Shown here: positions 28,367 through 39,052 of the stretch, piece after piece | How the letters are laid out: every line of letters begins with the position of its first letter | How positions within the stretch are numbered: the stretch's first letter is position 1 | Assembly (NCBI GenBank): GCA_963422375.2 | Contig: OY729428.2 | Coordinates: forward strand, 2,048,001-2,112,000 | From: Bryobacterales bacterium | GTDB lineage: Bacteria; Acidobacteriota; Terriglobia; Bryobacterales; UBA6623 | DNA length: 64,000 nt | Direction of reading: 5' to 3' | Position numbers and translations under genes: made by a program | The notes under the pieces: model-generated | What the model was told of the DNA's origin: nothing | What the model saw: only the letters and a program-made list of their open reading frames with translations | Databases searched by the model: none

Positions 28367-28428
28367 TGTATTCTCCTAGTGGGTTCGAAAGGCAAGCGGC
28401 GGCACCGCCGCCGAGCGGCTGCTGGCGC

Positions 28429-30528
28429 CTAGCGCTTGACCGGGCCCTTTTTCTTCGGCTCCGGGCGATCGGTCATCGAGACCTCGAGTTCGGCCAGTTT
28501 CCGACGCAGGCTGTCGACCTCCTCGCTGTCGCGGTCGGCCGGCGCGGAGCGGTTCCACTCCTCAAGAGCCCGGCTCCAATGCCGCTTGGTCTCGGTCACA
28601 CGGCCCTGCTTGTAGTACACGTCTCCCAAGTGCGTGTGGATGACCGGGTCGTCGCCGTGCTGCTCGAGGGATCGCTCGAGGTACTTGGCGGCGAGCTCGA
28701 GCTTGTCTTGGCGGTAGTACAACCACCCCAGGCTGTCGAGATATGCCCCGTTTTCGGGCTCGATATCCAAGGCGCGCTGGATCAGGTCGTGGGCCTCTTC
28801 CAAGTTCACGCTGCGGTCGGCGAACATGTAGCCGAGGTAGTTCAAGGCGCCTGCGTTGTCCGGATCGATCGCCAGGAGCTCCCTGAATCGGGCCTCGGAC
28901 CGCTCGTACTGCTTGGCGCGCTCGTGCAGCGAGCCGTACGAGAAGAGCACGGCGACGCGCTCCTCTTGCGACTCGGCCAGTTCATGCGCCCGCTCGACGC
29001 GCTCCTCCGCCTTGGCGAACTGGCGCCCTTTGACGTGTATCTCCGCCAAGGTCAGCAGCACGTCGATGCCTTGGGGGCTGCCCTTGGTGGCGCGCTCCAC
29101 GACCCGGATGGCTTCCTTGGTCTTGCCCCTGTCCGAGAGGACGTTCGCGAGCAGGCTGGCCAGCATGAAGTTGCCGCCCATCTCCCCCAACGCCTTGCGC
29201 GCTTCGGCTTCGGCGCGCGAATAGTTGCGGGCGTTGCGCCAAGTCTCCACGACCTGGGCCAGTGCCTGCGGCTTGAATTCGGGGTTGAGGCCGGCGATCT
29301 CCAGATACGCCGCCACGGCTGACCCGGGCTCGCCCAGAGTGCGGCGAAGGTGCCCGAGTCGTTCCAGGAGGAGCACGCGTCTCCTGCGCTCGCCGGGTGC
29401 GTACTCGTCCTTGCGAGTCGCTTCGAGGACCTTGGAGGTCTCGGCGGCGGCATCCTCGGTTCGGCCCTCTGCTTCGAGCAGGCTGATCGCGTCGAACTGG
29501 ACCTCGAGCGAATCCGGGTCGATCTGGCGGGCGCGCTCCAGCGACTCCCACGCCTTGGCGAAGTCACCGCGCTGGCGCTCGATGCGCGCGACCCTGATGT
29601 GATAGATCGGATTGCGCGAATCCAGGCGCGCCAAGGCCTCGTACTGCTCCTGCGCCTGGCCGAACTGCCTCGAGAGGAAGAGGTTGTCGGCGAGACGCTG
29701 GCGGGCATCCAAGGTGTTGCCGCCTTGATCTACGATCCTCCGGTACATCGACGCCGCGTCGCGGAAACGCCCGACCTGCTCGTACGCTTGGGCGAGGGCC
29801 GTCATGGACCGCCGGTCCCCGCCGTCCTCGGCGATTGCCTCGAGCACGTCGATCGCCTCGCGGAACTTGCCGCCCTCGAGCAGCACGTAGGCTAGGTCGA
29901 CCTGTGCGTCCTGCTGTCCGGGGTCGAGTTCCAGCGCGCGCTGGAGGGAAGCCTCCGCCTTCTCGGGCTGCTCCGCGGACCGGTAGAGCAGTCCGAGTTC
30001 CGTGTGGTTCTCGGCCTTGTCGGGCTCGATCTCTACGATGCGCTCGAACTGCTCGACTGCCTTGCGGAGCAGCTCGGCGTTCACGCCCCGTCGGTCCTTG
30101 GTGGCGTAGCTACGGTAGATGCTCCCCAGCAGACGGCGGACTTCCAGATTCTCCGGATCCTCGGCGAGCAGCTCCATGGCGACGCTCTCGGCGTCGGCCA
30201 GACGCGTGGCGCCCGCATAAAGATTGATGAGCTCCATTCGAATCACGGCCGACTCGGGGTCGCTTTCCAGCGCGGCGGTGTACTCGGCGACGGCCCGGTC
30301 GACATACTCTTGGCGCATGTACTGCTGGGCGAACTGATGGTAGAGGTGCCCGAGCGCGAAGTGATAGTAGGATTCGCTGCGGTCGGACGAGGTGCGCTTC
30401 TCCTGTGCCGTCGCGAGGAGCGGCAGCGCAAGGGCGCACAGAGCGAGCGCTAGAGTCCCCGTTCGGCCGGTTCGGAGCGACGATTGCCTGCGGAATCCGG
30501 CCGTGCGGGCCGAGGGAAGGAAGGGCAT
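28429..30528 (-). CDS. Secreted tetratricopeptide-repeat protein
   Basis: Signal-like LALALCALALPLLATA; many TPR repeats; ALNYLGYM...AYLDSLGWLYY...HLGDVY C-terminal pattern. Confidence 0.88.
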   Translation of the reverse strand: MPFLPSARTAGFRRQSSLRTGRTGTLALALCALALPLLATAQEKRTSSDRSESYYHFALGHLYHQFAQQYMRQEYVDRAVAEYTAALESDPESAVIRMELINLYAGATRLADAESVAMELLAEDPENLEVRRLLGSIYRSYATKDRRGVNAELLRKAVEQFERIVEIEPDKAENHTELGLLYRSAEQPEKAEASLQRALELDPGQQDAQVDLAYVLLEGGKFREAIDVLEAIAEDGGDRRSMTALAQAYEQVGRFRDAASMYRRIVDQGGNTLDARQRLADNLFLSRQFGQAQEQYEALARLDSRNPIYHIRVARIERQRGDFAKAWESLERARQIDPDSLEVQFDAISLLEAEGRTEDAAAETSKVLEATRKDEYAPGERRRRVLLLERLGHLRRTLGEPGSAVAAYLEIAGLNPEFKPQALAQVVETWRNARNYSRAEAEARKALGEMGGNFMLASLLANVLSDRGKTKEAIRVVERATKGSPQGIDVLLTLAEIHVKGRQFAKAEERVERAHELAESQEERVAVLFSYGSLHERAKQYERSEARFRELLAIDPDNAGALNYLGYMFADRSVNLEEAHDLIQRALDIEPENGAYLDSLGWLYYRQDKLELAAKYLERSLEQHGDDPVIHTHLGDVYYKQGRVTETKRHWSRALEEWNRSAPADRDSEEVDSLRRKLAELEVSMTDRPEPKKKGPVKR

Positions 30529-30571
30529 TCGTTTCGCCCCAGTATAGCCTCTCCCGGGATTCGCCGGGAGA

Positions 30572-31507
30572 CTAGGAGAGCGATTCTCCCGGCGGGCGCG
30601 TCTTCCAGCGCCGATGGATCCAGAGCCACTGCTCCGGATGCCGTCGCACTCGTTCCTCGATGGCGGTCTGGAAAATCTGGGAGCTGGCCTGCAAGTCGCG
30701 AGACGGGTCGCCAGTCCGGACCAGTTCGATCCGCGGGCCGTACTCGACCACGTGCCGTCGCGACGCCCCGTCCCACCATGCCACGGCCGGGACGACGGCC
30801 GCGCCGGAGCGCAGCGCGATCCGGGCGACACCCCTGCTCGCGGCCGCCGTCGTGCCGAAGAAGTCGACGAAGACCGCGTCCTCGGGAACCGCGTTCTGGT
30901 CGGCAAGGATTCCGACCGTGCCGTTGCTGCGCAGGACCCGGAACACTTCCCGCGCCACGGCCCGCTTGGAAATCACCCGATTGCCGTGCGCACTCCGGCG
31001 CCCTTCGACCAAGCGGTTGACCAAGGGGTTCTCGATCGGCCTGACTATGACATGGACCGGACCTTCCACCGCTCCGTGGGCCAGCGCCCCGAGCTCCCAG
31101 TTGCCGAGATGGGCGGTTAGCAGGATCACTCCGCGGCCGCGAGCCGCGCCGGCGCGGAAGTGCTCGAGGCCGACGAAGTCCACCCTCTGCCTCACCTCTT
31201 GCTCCGACCAGGCGGGGAGCTTGGCCAGGGCCAGAGCGACCCGGCCGAGGTTTTGGAAGACGCCGACGCGAATGCGCCTTCTCTCGCGGGGCGACAGACG
31301 GGGGAGGGCCTTGCGCAGGTTGATCTCGGCCACGCGGCGCCACTTTGCCACGAGACAGCCGCAGGCCAGTCCGAGACCGTGAGCGACGCGAATCGAAACG
31401 CCGTACGGCAGGACGCGGAGTCCACAGAGGACGGCCAGCGCGGCGAAATAGGCGAGACGGTCCGTGGCAGCGGCGTTGGCTGCGTCCGCCACCCGCGGGT
31501 CAGCCAA
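30572..31507 (-). CDS. Lipid A late acyltransferase (LpxL/HtrB family)
   Basis: TAHLGNWE, LADQ, FVDFFG and PEQWLWIHRRWK motifs. Confidence 0.92.
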   Translation of the reverse strand: MADPRVADAANAAATDRLAYFAALAVLCGLRVLPYGVSIRVAHGLGLACGCLVAKWRRVAEINLRKALPRLSPRERRRIRVGVFQNLGRVALALAKLPAWSEQEVRQRVDFVGLEHFRAGAARGRGVILLTAHLGNWELGALAHGAVEGPVHVIVRPIENPLVNRLVEGRRSAHGNRVISKRAVAREVFRVLRSNGTVGILADQNAVPEDAVFVDFFGTTAAASRGVARIALRSGAAVVPAVAWWDGASRRHVVEYGPRIELVRTGDPSRDLQASSQIFQTAIEERVRRHPEQWLWIHRRWKTRPPGESLS

Positions 31508-31565
31508 GCTTCCGGCCCGCCCGCGCGGCGTCCGGGGGCCCTATGGGTCCCATGGCGGGCATCTG

Positions 31566-32993
31566 TCAGGATGCCAGCAGCTGGAATGATCTCGGCTGGT
31601 ACAGCCAGTCGACGATGTTTCCCTCGTGGGGTTGCAGCCAGTCCAGCTTCGTTGTCGGAACGGCTCCCAGATTCAGCCGGTCGATCGAGGGGCACGCGAT
31701 CAGCCGCTGCCGGAATTGAGTCGAATCCGTGATGCCGGTGCAGACGAGCGTCGGACCGATCCGTCCGAGCATTTTGGTTTCGGGGCACTCGACAACGCTC
31801 GCGAAGGGGAACATGAACTCCTTGTTCGCCAGCGGATGCTCGGGCGACTCGCAATGAACTACCGTCGGAAGCAGGTACGAGCAGTACACCCGGGTAATCG
31901 CCCGCGGGCGGCGTCGCATGTCCGCCGTCACGTCGGTGGCCCCTCCCTGCGCGAGGGCGTCGTCGATCATGCCCGAGACAGCCTCGGCCACGCCGGCGAC
32001 GGTAAAGGCCGCCAGCGAAGCCTCCGGATCGCGCGTATCGCGCGGGCGGACGCCGGCTAGCCGCTCGGCCAGGGCCTCCGCGATGGCGCGTCCGTGCCGC
32101 GGCACCCAGATCGACGAGGCATTGATGCAGCTTCTGCCGCTGTTGGCGAACACGCTGGTGACCATCGTCTCGAGGTACTCAGGCCACCGGTCGACGGCGT
32201 CCTCGCCCACGAGGATCTTGCTGTAGCCCGGGCCATGCACCTGCACGGCGGGATTGCCGGCGTACAAGTCCATCGTCGCCTGTCCGCCGAACACCAGGGA
32301 CCGGCCGCAACGCTGCACGATCGACTGGCCGACGTCGTGACCGCCGTGGTACACCCCGACGGCCTCGCCGGGAATGCCGGCTTCGATCATGGCGACGGCC
32401 ATGCGGTACGGCGTCCACGGCTCCTGCGAGCCGGGCTTGAGGCAGAGGCCAATCTGCAGCGGAATCGCGGGAATCCAGAGTGTATGGACCCCGGGGGAGT
32501 TGCTCGGCAGAACCGCTCCGACCACGTCGGTCTGCCGCTGGTAGCTCAGCATTCGCCCGCCCGCGTCGTGACCGAAGCCGCGAGAAAGGATCTCCAAATC
32601 CAATCCACGCGTCAGGGAATCGAGGATGCTCCCCATCTCGCGGCAGACGAACGCCAGCTTCTCCATGTTGGCGCGGCACATCGTCTCCGGCAGCCCGGTG
32701 GTCGACGACTGCTGGCTGACAAACTCCTCTGGCGTCTGGCTTCCCGAGCCCAGTGGTAGCTCGGCCTTCATGAACAGCTCGCCAGCCCTCCGAACGCACT
32801 CGACGATCTGCCTCGGGGATTGCTCCCGGAGGACTGCTTGCGCGCGCGACGCATGCCTGAGATCGCGCCGGACCATCGCGGCAAGGATTTTGCTAACGCG
32901 CGCGACCGGATCTCCGGTCTCGAAATGCAGCGCCTCGACCGTGTCCAAGCTCTCGTATGGCTGGCCCCATCGGAGGGCGGGGAGGTGGACCAT
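31566..32993 (-). CDS. Atypical aldehyde dehydrogenase family protein (acyl-CoA reductase/LuxC-like features)
   Basis: VLPSNSP, KPGSQEP, FGG, HGPGYSK, NSGRSCINAS (catalytic Cys) and EFMFP. Confidence 0.8.
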   Translation of the reverse strand: MVHLPALRWGQPYESLDTVEALHFETGDPVARVSKILAAMVRRDLRHASRAQAVLREQSPRQIVECVRRAGELFMKAELPLGSGSQTPEEFVSQQSSTTGLPETMCRANMEKLAFVCREMGSILDSLTRGLDLEILSRGFGHDAGGRMLSYQRQTDVVGAVLPSNSPGVHTLWIPAIPLQIGLCLKPGSQEPWTPYRMAVAMIEAGIPGEAVGVYHGGHDVGQSIVQRCGRSLVFGGQATMDLYAGNPAVQVHGPGYSKILVGEDAVDRWPEYLETMVTSVFANSGRSCINASSIWVPRHGRAIAEALAERLAGVRPRDTRDPEASLAAFTVAGVAEAVSGMIDDALAQGGATDVTADMRRRPRAITRVYCSYLLPTVVHCESPEHPLANKEFMFPFASVVECPETKMLGRIGPTLVCTGITDSTQFRQRLIACPSIDRLNLGAVPTTKLDWLQPHEGNIVDWLYQPRSFQLLAS

Positions 32994-34105
32994 GGCCAAT
33001 AGTTTAGCCAGTCCACCCGTTGAAGCGAGCCGTCGGCCCTTGAAGAGCCCCGGAGCGCAGCTCTCCGGCATCGCCTGCCCGCGGGGCTGCCAGGGCTGGC
33101 GAGGAGCGCTCGAGCGCAGAGGGGTTCAGAAATCGAATCGCGAGCAGGGCCGCGCGGGCCGATGCCTCGTACGAGCATGCGTTGCCGCGAGGGACGCGGG
33201 AGAAGCGCGCCGGCGACAAGCGGGCCCGGTACGAATCGGCATGGACCAGACTCGACGCCGTTGCGGCGCTTGATTCCCCCTCTAACGGCGCCGGGACAGA
33301 CGTTCGGGCCAGCCGTTACATCGTGATGGATACGACGTAGGCAACGGTTGCCGGTATCCGACTCAAACGCGCCGCAGAACAAACGAGGCGGCGGGCACTC
33401 CGCCAATCCGAGAGACTCCCGGCAGAGTAGGGATTGTCGGCAGGGCCTGGACTCGCCGCATGTTTCGACTCCGAGAAGCCTCGGCTTGCCTCAGAACGGA
33501 TACCGGGGCAATCTTGTGAAGAGGATGCCACCGCAACCGGCAGCCAATAACTGGAAACACGTGCCTCGGATATCACTCACCGAAGCGTAACCATTAGCGT
33601 TTCAGTCCGATCCATCCTACAACGAAATGTATGCTTTTGTAGATTTCATAGCAATTGGAATTTCCCACTCAGTCAATCAGTTGCAATTCGGCAAGACCCC
33701 AACCGCCCAGCATTGAGGATCCAAAGTCACGGTTGCTAGCGTCTCATGCCCCGTCAACAAGACGCTCCTATCGTCGAGCCATTCAATTTCAGTCATCCCA
33801 TGACGGCCTTGGGCCTCAACTGAGGCCGATAGATCGCCCAAGTTGACCTCGAAATGACCGCTTGCAAGCGTACTTGGAATCGCGGTTGGCAGCCACGGGC
33901 AAGGTATTCTTGGTGGTCGAGTCCCGGGGCCGAGCTGGTCCGGCCCATTGGAGCCCCATGGTGTAGGCCGTGAACGCACAGCAGCGGTCATTGCGCTTGG
34001 CCGCCGATTCAAGGGCGTCAAGGGCGGCACGTGCCGCCGCCGGAACGGCCTGTCCAAGTCCGGTTGCCGAACTTCGACGAGTAACCGCGACAAGTGGCTG
34101 CCGGT

Positions 34106-35368
34106 CTAGCCGAAGTGGTAGGAACCTTCTCGTTGATTCCAGTAGACCTTCTTGTTCGAGCGAAGCGAGACGGTCGCGAGGTGCCCCGTCACGGCAGCCT
34201 CGTGCCCGAGCTGCGCCGGGCAGTTGAGCTCCGCGCCATGGGCGATCGCGTCGATGAAGTTCTTGAGATGGTCGTTCGTCGAGTTGCTCTCGTTGAAGTC
34301 CGTGCGGGCGTCGAAGTGCATCTCCGGGCGAGCGGTCACGGCATCCGGCAGTCCCCGTGCCTTCTCTGGGTAGACGTTTAGATAACGCTGACCGAGGATC
34401 TCCATGACGCCCTCGCTGCCGCAGAGCTGCTCGCCGTAGCCGAAATGCGACGTGCTGAACGCGGCGCTGAAGTTGACGTGGAAGTGGTCGTCGTACTCGA
34501 AGCCCGCGGTGACGGTGTCGGGCACTTCTCGGTCGTCCTGCGTCCAGTAGTGGATCCCTCCGTTGCACATTACGGAGTCGCAGTAGTGCCTTCCCGTGAT
34601 CATGTGCAGTGCGTCGGTCTGATGTACGAGCAGGTCGGTGGAGATCCCGCCGGAGTAGTCCCAGTACAGCCGCCACTGGAAGTAGCGCTGCTTGTTGAAG
34701 GAGGTGGCGCGGGCAGGCCCTAAGAACTTCTCGTAGTCCGTGTTCTGCGGCTCGGCGTCCGCGGGGATGTTGTAGCGCCATGCGGGAGAGGTCAGTGGGC
34801 TGTTGCGGTACCAGAAAGCCCGGGCGTAGACGACCTTGCCCAGCACGCCCGACTCGTAGATCTCGCGCGCCTTGAAGTACAGCTTCGAGCTCCGTCGCTG
34901 CGTGCCGACTTGGAACAGCTTCCCGCTCTTCTCGACGGCCTCGAGAATCTCGAAGCCCTCCTCGATGGTGTGCGACAGCGGCTTCTCGCAGTAGACGTGC
35001 TTGCCGGCCTCGAGAGCGGCGATGGCCATGTCTCGGTGGAGATGCTCTGGCGTCATGATGACGACTGCGTCAATCTCGTTGTCCGCGAGCATCTCGTAGT
35101 AGTCGTCGTAAGTCTCCGGCGCGGTGCCTTGGTCGCTGATCACGTCGTCCTTGGTCTTGGCGATGCGCGGCGAGTAGGTGTCGCAGATCGCCTTGATCGA
35201 GGCGTCGTCCTTCGCGACGTCCATCATGGTGCGGATGTGCTTGCCGCCGCGGTTGCCGAGGCCGACCCAGCCGAGCTGGACCTTGCTTCCGGCCGACTGG
35301 GCGGAGAGCAGCGCGGGCGCTGCGAGGGCCGACGCTCCGAAGAGCCGTCGCGAGATTCCGGTTGGCAT
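34106..35368 (-). CDS. Gfo/Idh/MocA family oxidoreductase with Tat signal
   Basis: SRRLF twin-Arg motif; GLGNRG; KHVYCEKP; WRLYWDYSGGISTDLLVH. Confidence 0.93.
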   Translation of the reverse strand: MPTGISRRLFGASALAAPALLSAQSAGSKVQLGWVGLGNRGGKHIRTMMDVAKDDASIKAICDTYSPRIAKTKDDVISDQGTAPETYDDYYEMLADNEIDAVVIMTPEHLHRDMAIAALEAGKHVYCEKPLSHTIEEGFEILEAVEKSGKLFQVGTQRRSSKLYFKAREIYESGVLGKVVYARAFWYRNSPLTSPAWRYNIPADAEPQNTDYEKFLGPARATSFNKQRYFQWRLYWDYSGGISTDLLVHQTDALHMITGRHYCDSVMCNGGIHYWTQDDREVPDTVTAGFEYDDHFHVNFSAAFSTSHFGYGEQLCGSEGVMEILGQRYLNVYPEKARGLPDAVTARPEMHFDARTDFNESNSTNDHLKNFIDAIAHGAELNCPAQLGHEAAVTGHLATVSLRSNKKVYWNQREGSYHFG

Positions 35369-35439
35369 GATTCTTCCTAGTCTAGGTGATCCCCCGCGCG
35401 AGCACCCGAGTCGGCCCCGCACGGTCGCCCCATCCGCGG

Positions 35440-36468
35440 CTACCACTCGATCAGGGGCTTGAGCACGCCGTCCCGGTAAGCCGCCATCGTCTCGAAGGCC
35501 TCCTGCCCGCGGTCCAGGGAAAAGCGGTGGCTCATAATGTCGTCCGACCGGATCAGGCCGTGCTGGAGCAGGCGCAGTGCGTCGGGGTCGTTGCCGTTCG
35601 AGCGCTTCTGTACGTGGATTCTGGCCTCGCGGTCGAGGGCCGTCCAGAAGTTTACCGGCACGTCGGCTCGGGACGGGATACCGACCAGCACCATGCGCCC
35701 GCCGGGCCTAAGGCAAGAGATCGAGCTGTTGATGGAATCGGCGCTCCCGGCGGCGTCGATGACAACGTGAGCGCCGCAGCCGGTAAGGTCCATCACGGCG
35801 TCGACGGGAGACTCCTCGATCACGTTGACGGCTGCGGTGGCGCCTAGGCTGGCGGCTCTCTTGACGCGGTGCGGAAGCTTATCCGCCGCGACAATGACCG
35901 AGGCTCCGGCCAGCCTCGCCACGGCCACGGCGATCAGGCCGATCGGGCCGGTCCCGATGATCGCTACGGACTCGCCCAGCTTGAGAGCCGCCAGTTCAAA
36001 TGTGTGCAGGATGACCGCGAGCGGCTCCACGAAGGCCGCGTCCGCAAACGTCATCGAGTCCGGGATGGCCAGGAGATTGCGTCGCGGCATCACCGCATAT
36101 TCGCGCAGAGCTCCCGGTATGTCCCTGCCCATGAAGGCGTGGCGGAGGGCGAGGTTCTGACGCCCGGTTCGCGTGAACTCGCATTCCGCTTGGACGACGA
36201 ACGGCTCGACCGCCACCTTGGCGCCCGTCACGAGGTCGCTGACGCCCGGCCCGCATCCGACGACCTCGCCGGAGGGCTCGTGGCAGAGGACGGAGGGATA
36301 AAGCGCTTCGAAGCCGGCGATCGCCCCCTCGCTGAAGGTATGCATGTCGCTGCCGCACACGCCGGTCGACCGAAGTCGGACCAGCACCTCGCCCGGGCCC
36401 GGGTCGGGCGGATCCGGAAGGGTCCCCATCTCGAGACGTTGGGGTGCGACAAGCTGGAGTGCTCTCAT
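35440..36468 (-). CDS. Zinc-binding MDR dehydrogenase (sorbitol/threonine dehydrogenase-like)
   Basis: GVCGSDMH, CHEPSG and GTGPIG; the structural-Zn Cys cluster is largely absent. Confidence 0.9.
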   Translation of the reverse strand: MRALQLVAPQRLEMGTLPDPPDPGPGEVLVRLRSTGVCGSDMHTFSEGAIAGFEALYPSVLCHEPSGEVVGCGPGVSDLVTGAKVAVEPFVVQAECEFTRTGRQNLALRHAFMGRDIPGALREYAVMPRRNLLAIPDSMTFADAAFVEPLAVILHTFELAALKLGESVAIIGTGPIGLIAVAVARLAGASVIVAADKLPHRVKRAASLGATAAVNVIEESPVDAVMDLTGCGAHVVIDAAGSADSINSSISCLRPGGRMVLVGIPSRADVPVNFWTALDREARIHVQKRSNGNDPDALRLLQHGLIRSDDIMSHRFSLDRGQEAFETMAAYRDGVLKPLIEW

Positions 36469-36524
36469 GCGCAGGCTGGGAACGAGAAACGGCCCGAATG
36501 CACCGTCCGAATCATCATACTGAA

Positions 36525-38082
36525 GAGCCTTTTGCAAAATTCAGAAAAGAGGGCTGACCGCCCCATGAACGACTAGTTTCTGGGCTGTTATTCTCGCCGA
36601 AAAAGACCCCCTTCAGCTGGGCTTGCTCGGCTGCGGGGCGCTCCTGCGAGGATCGGCCCGGTGCAGGCGCAGCTCTCCCGGCCCGGCCCTGCGGGCGGGC
36701 GCTCTGCCCGGCTGTCCCGGCGGCCCGGGCTCTCGGAGCGCCAGGCGCAGGAGCTGCTCGACCGTCAGCGCGAGCACGCCGAACAGGAGGTGGCACAGCA
36801 CCTTGCCGTGGCCACCTTGCCGTGGCCGCGGACGCGCACGTGGCGCCCGCCGCAATCGTCCTTCAGGCGGCCGTTGACACGCTCCACCGTCGAGCGCTCC
36901 CGGTAGCGCAGCTTGGCGGGATCCGCCCGCCCGGCGCTGCGCAGCGCCGGGGCCTCCCGTGCCAGATCCGCCTTCAGCTCCGTCCGGCCGCGCGGGTTGA
37001 CAGCGATGAGCGGCACGTGCCCGAGCCGCTCGCTGAAGGCCCGGATCCCGGCCGCGTCGCGCGCGCTGTCCATCCGGTCGTACAGGTTGTCGACGCGGCC
37101 CGCGGTCCGTGTCGCCAGCGGGATCGCGGCCTGGCTGTCGTGCAGCGAAGCCGCGGTGAGCAGGCAGCTGACCGGGATCCCGCCGTCGATCGCGTCGATA
37201 GGCAGCTTGTAGCCGCGCCAGCTGACGGTACGGCCCTTGGCGTTGCGCTTGGTGCCGGTATCGCAGTCCTGCGGCAGGTCGTGCAGCATTGCTTCGAGAT
37301 TCATGTCGGGCTGCCGCGCCAGTCGGCGCGGAGCGGGCGGCCGCTGCTCGCCCTTGCGAGGGCGCCCGCGCTTGCGTTTCGGCTCCGGTTCCGGCGCGGG
37401 CTTCCCGGCGGGCCGCTCGCGGCCCTCGATGGCGGTCGAGTCGCGGGAGACGCGCCCTGCCAAGCGGCCGTCGAGCGTCCGCGCGAGCAGCGCCTGGTGC
37501 AAGCGTCCGGGCAGTTCGCCGGCGGCGAACTCGGCGCAGGCGCGCGCGAAGGTTGCCTCGCCGGGCACGGCCCCGGCCAGGTCCCGGCCGCACAGTCGGC
37601 GCAGGGTGCGATCGGTCTGCAGGCGCTCGACCGGCGAGCGCGTAGCGGGCTGGTCGAAGACGGCCTTGGCGATGCAGGCGCGCGCCATGGCGGCGCGGCT
37701 TGCGAGGGGGCGGCCGCGGCCGCCCTGCCCGACGGGCAGGCAGTCCTCGACCTGCGCCAGTTCCACCGCTTGGACGAAGCTGCGGCAGCGCTCGCCGAGG
37801 GGGCCGAGTTCCTGCTCGAGCCAGGGGAACAGCCCCTGCTGGAACGTGAACCAGTACGCGGATACGGTTTCTATCAAGGACATATTCGTTGAATCCTGCC
37901 AGCTGCTTACTAGGCTTGCATTACAATAATAGCACGGAGGGCAAGGGATTGCCAGGAAACTCAAAACGCAGACAAGCCATTAAAACTACATTTACTACAG
38001 TTCTATTTCATTGATTATATCGAATACTTAATAGACTAACTAAATGATAATGCTATGAGCGCGGGATTTTTGCAAAAGGCTC
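36525..38082 (-). mobile_element. IS5/IS1182-like insertion sequence (1558 bp)
   Basis: Perfect 15-bp TIR GAGCCTTTTGCAAAA (36525-36539 and 38068-38082); TGAA target duplication at 36521-36524 and 38083-38086. Confidence 0.92.
36613..37883 (-). pseudogene. DDE transposase (IS5/IS1182-like), frameshifted near the C-terminus
   Basis: RDSTAIE, WRGYKL, SLHDSQ and RSTVERVNGRLK motifs; a 14-bp tandem duplication at 36799-36826 shifts the last helix (LCHLLFGVLALT) into another frame. Confidence 0.85.
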
Positions 38083-38090
38083 TGAAGCCA

Positions 38091-38993
38091 TCACTGGATC
38101 GAGTCGGACGCTCCGAGGCGGGCGACCGCGCTCGTTCCGAGGAAGCCGCAGGCCGTCAGGCCGAGCGCGGCTACCCCTCGCGCGGCACCGGGAAGCGCCA
38201 GACCGGACTCGCTCGTGTCGAAGGGCCATAGTCCCAGCACGGCCCCGGCGAGCAGGCCGAGCAGGAAGCCCAGCGTCAGAGACCTCTGTCGTCGCAGCAG
38301 CAGGCGAACGAGGCTGCTAACGCCGACAATCGCGACGACGCCTCCCAAGGCGAACGGAGCGAGCACGCGGGCCGATGCCATCAACGCCGCCCACGCGCCG
38401 TCGACGCCCGCGAAGACCGCTGCCCTGAGGCCGTCCACCGCTCCGAGAATCGGCACGTATTGGCCGCTGAGCACGAGGAGGTAGCCGCCCGAGAGACCGG
38501 GTAGGATCATCGCCGCGAACGCGCCCAGGCCCGCGAGGAGCAAGGCTCCCGCCTCGCCCGTCCCGTCGCCGGAGCCGACAGGTGCTAGGGCCGAAGCGGC
38601 CATGGCGGCGATACCGGCCGCCGCTCCGAGCCAGGACCGCGCGTCCGGCCGTCCGATCAGGCGCCACATAGCAGGCACGCCGCCGAGGGTGGAACCGAGA
38701 AACAGGCTGTACATCGCCCAGCGGTGCTGGAGGACCAGATCCCGGACGGTCCCTGCAAGCAGCACGATCACGAGGGCCGCGGCGCCTCCGGTCACGAGGA
38801 GGAACGTGACCGAGCGCCGATCCGGGCGCAGGGTGGTCACCCGGGCAACCGAATCGATGAACTGCGGGTAGATGCCCGCCGCGACGAGCATCGTGCCGCC
38901 GGACACGCCAGGCACTAGGTTTGCCAGTCCCATCAGCGCGCCGCCCGCCGCGCCGCGCGCCGCGAGACCCGCTTGTGCGCGCTGGGCAGGCAT
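38091..38993 (-). CDS. DUF368 membrane protein (putative undecaprenyl-phosphate translocase)
   Basis: Twin motifs MGLANLVPGVSGGT and AMILPGLSGG; multiple TM helices. Confidence 0.88.
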   Translation of the reverse strand: MPAQRAQAGLAARGAAGGALMGLANLVPGVSGGTMLVAAGIYPQFIDSVARVTTLRPDRRSVTFLLVTGGAAALVIVLLAGTVRDLVLQHRWAMYSLFLGSTLGGVPAMWRLIGRPDARSWLGAAAGIAAMAASALAPVGSGDGTGEAGALLLAGLGAFAAMILPGLSGGYLLVLSGQYVPILGAVDGLRAAVFAGVDGAWAALMASARVLAPFALGGVVAIVGVSSLVRLLLRRQRSLTLGFLLGLLAGAVLGLWPFDTSESGLALPGAARGVAALGLTACGFLGTSAVARLGASDSIQ

Positions 38994-39052
38994 TGGGTGA
39001 GAGACGGGGACGCGGCGCGCGAGCCGCAGATGTACCCGCAGGGAGAGGCCGA

